Assembly (NCBI GenBank): GCA_964016885.1
Contig: OZ024740.1
Coordinates: 48,856,001-48,920,000 of the forward strand
From: Eledone cirrhosa
Lineage: Eukaryota
DNA length: 64,000 nucleotides
Direction: 5' to 3'
The notes under the pieces were generated by a model. The model saw only the letters and a list, made by a program, of their open reading frames with translations, did no database searches and was not told the origin of the DNA. A program made the position numbers and the translations under genes. This document shows, piece after piece, positions 52,945 through 64,000 of this stretch (its first letter is position 1; each line of letters begins with the position of its first letter).

Positions 52945-54801
52945 GTAAAATAGAATATTTATTTTTTCTGGTGCTTGCTATAATTATTCCAGCATTTTTA
53001 TTCTTGGCATGTTACATTTTCTTTGGATTTATTTGCACATTTTCATATTTTCATTCACCTTTCATTAGCTAATGATATAGATTTTAGCTTTCTCTACAAT
53101 TCTGTTCTGTTCTATTCTTTTTTATTTTGATTTGCATAATCACTCATAAAAAAAATTCATTCTCAGCTCATTTTATCTATTTATAACATTACCAAGTTAT
53201 TTATTCTTTTAACCTGTATATTTAAATGAAACTAGACTGTGCCTAATGTCTACTACTAATCATTTATTTACATTTTATCTAGATTTGCTGATTTGAGTTG
53301 CATACTAATTTTGATGTCTTTTATTCCTTAGCTATATCTTGCTTTGAGTACTTGCGTATCTATCTCTGGCTTTTTATGTAAAAATTGTACACCAGTTTTC
53401 CGAAGTTTGCATACTTGATATGATTTTATTTTTGTAAATTTACATGTTTGTATATGGATTAATATAGGAAGTGTTTTTTACAACTGGATGTCCTTTTTAT
53501 TTAATTAATTTATTTTATATTGAAATTTTTGAACCATAGAATCATTGGTTACAGGTTTACAAGAACCAACCACTGGTTCACTGTATTTCAAATGACAATG
53601 CAGTAGACTTCATTTGTAAAAAAACAGTTTTTCGGTTTTCTCAAAAATGTTTATATCCTACATCAATATAAATTGCCAAAAGTTACATGCTTAAATATAT
53701 GTGCACGCACACATACATACACATACACATAGATATATAATCGGCTTCTGCAGAGTTTCCATTTGTTAACCTATGACAGAAGATACCCAAAGTGACATGC
53801 AGTGGGATAAAATCCACAAGCACATGGCTGGAAAGCAAACTCCTTTATCACACAACCATCCTTGCTAACCACTTAACTACAAATTTGTAATGCTTAACTC
53901 TTTTGTTACTAAACCACTTGAAATGGCTCTTAGTACCATTATACAAAACTGTTTATTTTAAAGTCCTTATATTCAGCTAAAACTCTTCTATCATCATTTT
54001 AAGAACTTTTATTAAGCTATGCTCCAAACATGAACTTAATAATGAGATAGATAGTTATATTTCTAAATCTTTCCAAATTCTTGATTATTTAAAAAATTAC
54101 TCAGGCATTATCTTTCATTAGAAATATAGTAACAAAAGGGTTGACATTTTCACCTAAGTAAATTGAATGAAATAAAGTGATACACATACTGAAGTACTAC
54201 ATATACTGTCTATAGGACAGTTTAAAATGTTCACCTATCAGTCAGCATTCCAGTAATGTATTATATTACAAAAGTAAAAATAGATTTGGTCCTTTTGAGA
54301 TTGAGTAAGATGATTTCTAGCTTGAAACACAGATAACATGACATTAACAATAGAAGCATAACAATTAGATGACTTGAAGAGAAAACGAACATGTTCTGAA
54401 TATATGTAACTTTTTTTGTAACTGTTGTATTCTAGTACTTTGTATGCTACTAATGAAAATTTACTTTGCTTAGTGTCTTCATTAGTACACATTACACAAT
54501 AATTTCATTAAACATCTTCATTAATTTGGTAGGTTTTTGTCATTGTTGACAGCTTGCCTTACTGACATATCAGGTTATTCCCATGAGAGTGCTTGGTTAT
54601 TCCAGCACCTTAGCCCCGCTATCACCTTTAGCAATGCTGTGAGTATGTTGGCTTGCCTAAAAAATTATTAGAGGGAAACTTCATTATTTTAGCAAGTGAT
54701 TGAGTATGCAAGTCTTCTCCCACTTTTCAAAAAAATATTTTTAAAATGGGCTTTAAACTAGAATCTAACAACTTGACAACATAGGTATCATTATATTAAG
54801 A

Positions 54802-54993
54802 GGGCGGTGAATTGGCAGTATCAGCAGAGGGTCGGACGCCATGCTTTGACGCATGGAGTTACGGCCCTTGCCATTCTGAGTTCAAATCCTGCCGAGGTTA
54901 ACTTTGCCTTTCATCCTTACGGGGTCGATAAAATAAAGTACCAGTAATACACTGGGTAATTGCTGGCCTTGTGCCAAAAGTAGAAACAATTAT
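54802..54993 (+). mobile_element. tRNA SINE family 2, full length
   Basis: A/B boxes; possible TSD attatatta. Confidence 0.85.
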
Positions 54994-55454
54994 ATTACTA
55001 ATTGATTTTGAGTTATTAAAAATCAATTGCAAAATTTACTAAAACTTATATAGTCATAAAAATTCAATTTGAACAGGATTTTCTTAAATTACCATTCTTA
55101 TTTTTTGTAATTACTTATTCTGCATACAGTGGTAAATGTATGGAAGTTTTAATACTGACTGTAAACAATTATAAATTTAAGCTAGGTATAAGAAATTTAA
55201 TTTAAAAAATCAATAGAATAATTGAAATTATATAACACCTAATATTGAAATTTCAATATTTGATTTATTAAAATTTAAGAATTTTGAGAATTTATTTAAA
55301 TTTTAATTTAGTTTAATTTAATCAATATCTAATTTTTAAAAAAATGTTTTCATTAATAAATGCTGCTTTCTAAATTAATGAAAATTATTAATAGAACTAT
55401 CAAGTTACTATGGAGTATAATAATATTTTTAGAACATATAATAAGCATAATATA

Positions 55455-55646
55455 ATAATTGTTTCTACTTTTGGTACAAGGCCAGCAATTATCCCAGTAC
55501 ATTACTGGTACTTTATTTTATCGACTCCGTAAGGATGAAAGGCAAAGTTAACCTCAGCAGGATTTGAAATCAGAATGGCAAGGACCGTAACTCTATGCAT
55601 CAAAGCATGGCATCGACCCTCTACCGATACTGCCAATCCACCGCCC
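55455..55646 (-). mobile_element. tRNA SINE family 2, full length, inverted relative to the 54802 copy
   Basis: Reverse complement of 54802-54993 with scattered substitutions; flanked by repeated cataatataataat. Confidence 0.85.
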
Positions 55647-56325
55647 ATAATATAATAATAAGTAAATATAAGCATAAATATTTAACATTCAGGAATATTT
55701 AAAGATTTTTTGGGTTGTTATGTGGAGAGAAACAGCTGTCGAGCAGATAATAAGCACACGTAAGGCTGTATGGTTAAGAAGTTTACTTCACAGCTGTATG
55801 GTTTGGGATTTGGTCTTACTGCATATCTTCTACCTTAGCTTCAGGTCAACTAAAGCCTTATGAGTGAAATATGGGAAATGAAAACTGTTTGAAGCCTGTC
55901 AGATGACCATTCTTATTATTAAGTAGTAGATTTCATTTGCCACTCAGTTTAGTACCACCACTTGTTCTCTGGGTGTCTTTAGGAGAATCCACTCAGTTGC
56001 AAACATTCAGGTCAGTTTTCTTGTCTGATAGTAACTTCCTCCTTCTTTCCCACTGATTTCACTGAAAAATGTAATTGGTACTGCCCTTTCTCCTCAGCCT
56101 AAGCAATTTAAAGAAAAGAAGTGTTGACACTTCTTAAATGTGTAGTAATCATGTAGTAATGGCATATACATGCATGCATACACACACACACATAAGCACA
56201 TATACCCATACCACACAATCACACATATACCCATACCATACACCCACACATTTTCCCATACCACACACCCACTCATATACATATAGATATATATGTATAT
56301 ATATATTTTCTGTTATTGTTCGCAG

Positions 56326-56572
56326 GCACGAACTACATAATGTCTGGTTATGCAAAATAATGAGTGCTTTGCACTCATCTTGTTGGAACTTGCCACAACT
56401 GATGTTGTTTATTGTGATTGCTAGCAGTTTTCAACAGGAACATGTTCTGCTGCCATATTATCTTTATATCTATAAACCTATGCTTCATCTGATTGGAAGT
56501 ACTGTGTTATCTTCCTATTATAAATGTATTCGCCTCTTTTATGAAATGAAAGTCAGTATGGTGCGGATCCAG
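56326..56572 (+). CDS. ABCC4: ABCC4-like exon 8 variant B (TM5-TM6)
   Basis: cgcag|G CAC GAA CTA CAT AAT...CGG ATC CAG|gtatct; 247 bp, open frame, same phases as variant A, ends EMKVSMVRIQ. Confidence 0.85.
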
Positions 56573-58540
56573 GTATCTGATATATTAGGTGTTTATTTTT
56601 TAATGTTTTTATTAGAATTTTTGTTCTGAGTTTTTAAACCAAATCCACTTCATAAAGACTCCCTGTCATCCCCATAATTAAGTAATGTTAGTCATTAACT
56701 GTAACTAAACTGAATATTTTATCCTAAATAAGGATCGTTCCTCCCAAATAAATCCCAGTAATAAATTTAGATAAGTCATTGAAATTACTTAAGGATAAAA
56801 AGTGATATCTACCATACTTTTGAATATATATTGATGAAAGTGTAGCATTAGTTGTAGTAGTGGCAGTTGTTAATTTAGGCCATAGGTAAATTATATTAAC
56901 ATGATTATTTTGGTTGTTAGAAAACTCAATCCCACCAATAGCATTAGTTTTGAAAATTATGGAAAATTCTAAAAAATTCCAACCAAATCAGTAATGTAAT
57001 CAGTATAGTGGAATTGATTTGAGGAACCTTTGAGTTCTAAACATTCAGATTCATAGCAGTCTGGGGAGTTTTGAGAGAGGATTTCAACATTCCAAAATAT
57101 AAGACAAGGCTAATTAGAGCATTGAAAGCTTGTATTAGAAATAATGATCTTTTTAATTCAAACCATGGATTGAATAGCTGATGAGCATGATAGATGGGCT
57201 AGGCCAATTGCAAAACAGTGTAAATAAAGTTAACATTTTAGTGACTATCTCTGGCAGTCCAATAGTGTTTCAATTTTTCATCTTCCTGATTGCTTCTTTG
57301 ACCTGTCAACCATCAACTTTGATAACCTGTTCCACTGTTATGTCAAATGGAGGTAGTGCTTCTTCTTTCCACTCATTTCTACATTCACCACTTTTTCATA
57401 ATAATTTTTCGAAGTTTTTTTTTCTAAGAGTCAGGGAGGTTAATACTTTTCCTCAACAATATTTTGATTCACACTGGCATAATGTTTTGCAATGCAGGAC
57501 ACTTCATGCTTCTATTCCTCAAGTCACAGAATGTTGAAAAACCATCAGCTATTAGCTTCTGCATGTACTATGTAAACCTGTTGTTTAGATTTTCTTTTAG
57601 CAACTTGATATTGCATTTTACTGTCCCCATTTTCTCAGTCTTTTCATGCCTGTCTCTTATCTCTAATGGCTCTATCTATAACACTGTTCCACCACCAAGT
57701 CACTTCTTCTCTTGCTTGTGCCTTGCTCTAGCCATGGCCCTCATCAGTGGCCTGCAGTAAGTTGTCCTGTAAAAAACCTCCAATTGCCCTCTATGTTGTA
57801 TCTATCTCTCTCCTCCTCTTCTACTCAGAAGATATTATAACTAGAGTGCTTGCCTGTGAAGAGTCATGGTGAAACACCCCTCCATCTTACCTTTTGAACA
57901 CACCACAAATCAACTCATTTTTTCACTAGCATATCCACAATTTTTTCAGATCTACCTTTCAGAGAGTCAACATTAAATGTGGCAGACTTGCAATTTGTTA
58001 CTTGACAGTGATAGTTAGGTCAACTGGACCTGAAATAGGATATGGTGTATGCAACTGTTTGATGATGGTCGAGGGGTTCTTCCACATGGCTAGGTCAGCT
58101 ACCCCACTACTGTATGCAGTAATAACATAATTAGTGTTATGCCTGTATGCACAATTAGAGGTTATTTTTTTCTTTTTGCTTGTTTTTTTCTGGCTGGTTG
58201 CCCTTCTTATCACCAACCACTTTATCATGTTACTAGGTGCATTTTATCATACTACCAGTATTAGAGAGGTTGTTTGACAGTCATCTCAATCTTGTATCAG
58301 TTTTTATTTAGAGTGACCGCTATCCTAGATGTGTTGCCTTTACTATGGATTACAGTGCCCATATCTACCCTGTACAGTTTTATTTATTTGGAGTTATTAC
58401 TCTTTTAGATGGGCTGCCTTTCCTGTGGCTTACAGTCTTTGTCTGTCGCCAAGATTCCTATGGATACATATACACATTATTTATACAAATTATAGTCAGT
58501 TAATTTATTCTAGCTGTAATTTATAATACAGTGGTTTTAT

Positions 58541-59080
<540 letters not shown>

Positions 59081-61719
59081 GAAAAATATAAACAGTATTA
59101 GCACAATATATAATCATCTATCTCATTTCAAGGTCATTATTTCCATGCTGGCTTGGCTTATTACTACTCACCAATGAACTTCCAGTTCATAAGGCACATA
59201 TTCTGAGATCTTATCCCCATATTTTCTCAATAATTTTCTGCTATGAGCACTTAGCACTATTAACCCAAGACATTTTCTCACAGCACTCATTGTCAATGCA
59301 CAGCACAAGTCATTGCTTGCATAGTTGTGTTCTGTTTACTTCAACTAATGTCTTTAATGCCTGACCACTTGTCTTTTGCTTTTCAAACAAGTTATTTCTG
59401 TACATTCAACAGATCATGTTGACCTCATTTCCTCCTCATTTCTGCAGTTCATTATATGATAATTAGTAGAGTATCAGTAAAAATTGACAGGATTTATTTT
59501 AGCAATCTCATGTCTATGAATGTCCTCCATTTATACCTCCAAATCTTCATCTGAAATGAATGAATTGTCAGGATTTTCTGACACAGGCCTGTATATTAGC
59601 ATATATATAGTTTCAAAAAATAGGGTCACACAGGACAAAGACAATGGGAAAACAGATAGTCCCATCTCCCTAGTCAATCTCTGGAAATTACTATGGTTTC
59701 GGAACATTAAGGTTGATACCATTCATTCCAGTGCAGATTGGGATGTAACAAAAGACAAAGGCAGGACAAGTTATAACTTTCAGCGAATTACACATATTTT
59801 ATATATATATATATATATATAACATAGAAAACAATTAAATTTTTGTTTAATGCATTTAATTGCTAACGATCGTTTCTTCCAGACATATGTCTGGAATCAT
59901 CGGAGCATATACAATGTTAAAACAAATAAATTCCTAATCCTTAAAACATTCATTAAGATACATAATATTTGAGAAGACTAATTATAATTATTAGTGTCAG
60001 TTACAATATATTGAAGAGTAAGAGCAAAAGAACATTATAATGAAAAGATAGTAATAAATTATTATAAAGAGAAGCTGTTTTGAAGCTATATGATATATGC
60101 AAGGAATATTACTCATAAATCATTATATCAAGAATATCATACCAATACACAATATTACCCTTATCTTATTTATAATTATATATAGATTATATATAAGTAT
60201 AAATATTATTATTAATAAACTCACGGAGGAGATGACGAGGGACCGAGATAAGTGGAGAGATGCTGTGCTGAATAGGACCCGTTCAACTCTTGCAAGCAGG
60301 GAAAAGCAGACGTAAAATGATGATGATGATGATGATATATATATATAAAGAAAATGCAATACAGTTCACTGACATTGGTGTGTGTTTATATATATATATA
60401 TATATGATTACACTTGCCTCAAGATGGTGGTAAAACATCCTGTTATTTGGATGTTTAGATATTGCAATTATTTGAGTGTGGATTAAATTACATAAACATA
60501 AGTTTTAGTATAAAGATATGTAATGTGATAATTCCTTAATTAAAACATTCTTTATAAAAATGCTTGATTCTATGAGTTTTCCTTGAAGACCTTTGCAATC
60601 TCCAATCTGTAATTTCAAGGCAAGCAGCATGCTGGTTAGTTAGCTGAACTCTACCCCACATCTAATGACTTGACTGTCCCTTACATCTAGTTGTTTTGAA
60701 ATAGGATTATTTGTTGACTCTCATTCTATCCCTTATTCTCTTGTTTGTGAGAGTGCCACCTCAACCAATGTAACACTTTTAACTACATTTTAATTCTCTC
60801 ACATCCATTCTTTCTCTAATTGCAATTTGCCACTCTGGCCAGTGTAATAAACATCTCAGCTTTCAGCTCACTATCATTTTAATACTCCTACTGTCCCTCA
60901 CTTACTCTGTTGTTTGATAGCCTCTAATTCCACACAACCATTAGTGTGACAGAACTAACAAACAAAATAAGGTAATATTTGACTTGGCCTTTTATATACA
61001 CAGATTCAAAATCTGGTTAGTATATAATAATTCTAAATCCAATAGGATTTGATGGTTGTCATGAGGAGTGGAAAAATTGGATGTTTCAGACTATCTGAGT
61101 TATAATTGATTTTACAATATGATAATCAATAACCTTATCAAATTATATCGGATGATTTTAAATTGAAATATCAAAATAAAAAAATAAACTTAATTCATAA
61201 TTTTTTGTATGCAACAACATAATATTAATTCCCCAAAGATATTTGTTTAGTATTCAAAAATTAAAACCTTAATAATGTAGAAAAAAATATTCTAAATAAA
61301 TTATATTCTAAGATTATGATTTACATTAATGACTGCTCACTAATTATTAGGATGTCTTTCAGTCTTTATGATATGCTTAAAACCCTTTTAACTTAATACC
61401 TTAACCCATTTAAAACCCATTTAACTTAATACCTTAATCATAGCTAGCAATTACTTTTTTCTTTTGCAAATTAATTATTAACCATTTCATTGCTGTTATT
61501 GTTGTTACTGTGATTCATCATTATTATTACAGTGCTGCTCAGTTCTTTGAGGACATCTGCATGGATTTTGTAAAAGACACATAAGTCATGAAAAAAGAGT
61601 TTTATTTGAGAAAAAATAGCATGAATAATCTTGAGATTCTTCTTGGACATATCTACTCAAGGAATCCACTGTTAGCATCAATGACTGCTTCAATATGAAG
61701 CCTGAAACATTGACATGCC

Positions 61720-62660
61720 CAAATCAGATGATCTTTATTTATTTTGGACACTATGCTAGTCATGGCCTACTTCAGAAATGTTATTGTGTTATGAGGGTGT
61801 TGATTGACTTCCCTCTTGGCTACACCCCATACATAGTAGTTCAAAAATTCAGGTCTGGACAGGCAGGAGGCCATATGTTTAGGGCAATGTGATCATGGAG
61901 ATTGTAACTCATCCATTCTTGGCTTTATGAGATGAAGCAGTATCTTGTTGGTAGGTGTTTCTTTGCTCATGCTCTTTATCCAAGGCCTCACAACCCTCTT
62001 CAACACCTTATAGTCAGCAGCATTGACCATTAAGCCCTGAGGAAAGAAGATGAGGTATGATATCTCCCTCATTGCTCATGACTTCCAGGACCATCATAGT
62101 TGGTGGAAATGTTGTGTGCATGACCTTTTGAATGTTTTTAGGATCTCTGCATAACCATATTGGTTGACCTTTTGGTCTTGATCAAAGTTTTTCTCATCAG
62201 AGAAAAAAACTGAAGCATTCCAGGCTCAAGTTGTTTCAATTTGCTCAACAAATGCTTTGCACAGATCAGGCAGTTATCTTTTTGTCTTTGCAGGCATGAA
62301 TTGGCCTCTCCACATCACACATGACTTATATTGAAGGTCCTCATTCACAATTCTTCTGATAGTGTGTCTTAAAACTTTGAGCTTCTTAGTAATCATGCTA
62401 ATCGTCTTTCTGGGGTTCTTATTGATAATTTTCTACACCTTTCATACACATTTGGGTGTTCTGATGGTATTAGGACCTTTAGTAGGCATTTTACATTTGA
62501 TTACTACTGTAGAATCCCCATCAGCGTCTTCCAGCTCTTTGCGAACTTTGACAACAAATGACCGTGCAACTTTCAGGAAGGGAGCATCTCTAAATCACTA
62601 TGTTCTGCTCTTCAGGCAAAGATTACAGTGTGTCATTTCATTTGCTGAGTTAGCTTGATG
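61720..62660 (-). mobile_element. Degenerate Tc1/mariner-superfamily transposase relic (DD37D-like)
   Basis: Minus-strand fragments VMSNEGDI..PHLFPQG, QQDTASSHKA and NIWPPACPDLN resemble QQDSAPSH / WPPSSPDLNPLD motifs. Confidence 0.7.
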
Positions 62661-63639
62661 TCCTGATTATTATTTCTTTTCAGATACATGATGATAGTCA
62701 AGTTAGAAAAAAGTTAAAGCTATTAAAAGATGTGTCCTCAAAGAATTGAACAGCCTTGTATCATTAATATTATTATTGTTATTATTAGGGTGGTAGATTG
62801 ACAGTATTGGTAGAGCATCAGACAAAATGCTTTGTGGTATATAGTTACAACTTTCTATGTTCCGAGTTCAAATCCCACCAAAGCCGATTTTGCCTTTCAT
62901 CCTTCCGGGCTCGATAAAATAAAGCACCAGTAATGTACTGGGGCTGATTTAGTTGACTTTTTCCTTTTCTTCAAATTGCTTGCCTTGTGCCAATAGAAAC
63001 AATTATTTCATTTCAACAAGCCAGGTAATGATAAAAAAAATGTCATCACAAATATAAGTGGTTGAAATGGGGTTCCTCTGAAATGGGGTTCCTTTTATTA
63101 GATAGGGTCCATAGCTTGGACATCAGGCAGTTCCTCCAGGTGGAGCTACTGCTTCTTCACATTAAGTATGTACTACACTATCACAGACATGCCATTAGGT
63201 TGTTTATGAAAAGATTCGGTGGACAGATTTTTATGAGCAAAACCAACTGGTAGGAGACCCAGAGGTAGACCACGAACAACATGGGGGGATAACATTGATG
63301 AACTTAGTCTCGTTTGGGGATCCACCCAGATGATTTGGCGACAGTTGCTTCTCATAGGATCCTCTGGAAGATGTGTGAGGATTCTGTCTGTATGCCCCCC
63401 CCCCCCTCCCAGGAATAAGTGGGCTAACTTGAAGAAGAACAACCAAAATGGGCTGCTCTTATGCCAGTTATTATACTGAGAGAATGAGTCATAGCAATTT
63501 TTTTTACTTATGTTTCAAGAGCCTTCCTCAGGATCTGTGCTGTTCATAATATTGCAGTCTTCTGAAGAATTTCTGTATGGATCTCAGTTCCAAATTTCAT
63601 AATCCATGTTCATATTTTAGTATATTATTATTACAGGTG

Positions 63640-63870
63640 GTTTGCACAGGGTTATAATTAATGGATCTTCTACTGCCTGTCAAATCTCCACAAGGACAGC
63701 ACTTTCTCTCCATCGTTTGCACATTTTCCTCACCCAGTGCCCATGTTTTGCTACCATGCAACATTGCACTTTGCATAGCATCATAAAATCTGCCCTTCAC
63801 TCAGAGAAAAAATCTATTTGCTTCCAGCAACAGTATTATCTCCTTAAACCTTTTTCATGCTATTCTTACT
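63640..63870 (-). mobile_element. RTE LINE relic
   Basis: KGRFYDAMQSAMLHGSKTWAL matches the RTE ORF segment KGRLYDACIRTAMLHGSETWAL. Confidence 0.75.
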
Positions 63871-64000
63871 TTGACTACTATACTTCTGGAATCTTTATTG
63901 ATCTAAAGCTTAACAATAATGACAACCAGTGAGACAAAAAGTATAAGATCTAAAAACAGAGTTTTAGGGAAATAGTTTAAAATCCTTTTTTGTTACCTTT

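Noticed and set aside
54238-54492. Minus-strand ORF faintly resembling a hAT C-terminal dimerisation region
   Set aside because: Weak similarity; key motif degenerate; no TIRs identified

Overview
AT-rich, repeat-dense animal genomic DNA. The SINE/RTE repertoire with (GAT)n tails looks cephalopod, probably Octopus (inference). The window lies inside one + strand ABCC4/MRP4-like transporter gene. Six exons match vertebrate ABCC4 exons 2-7 and splice in frame (435-545, 16687-16795, 18828-19043, 20513-20602, 21509-21672, 34793-34918). They are followed by TWO diverged tandem copies of the exon-8 equivalent, which encodes TM5-TM6 (52695-52944 and 56326-56572). Including both copies would break the frame, so they look like mutually exclusive exons that swap a substrate-lining module. 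The introns hold RTE and CR1-type LINEs, tRNA-SINEs, piggyBac-type MITEs, and mariner and Penelope relics. A complete Buster-type hAT transposon is interrupted by a TSD-flanked Ku70 (XRCC6) 3' fragment ending in a SINE. A 12.2-kb triplet-built satellite runs to within about 10 nt of the exon-7 acceptor, and there are several fold-back structures. All homology calls are from recognition by eye, not database searches.
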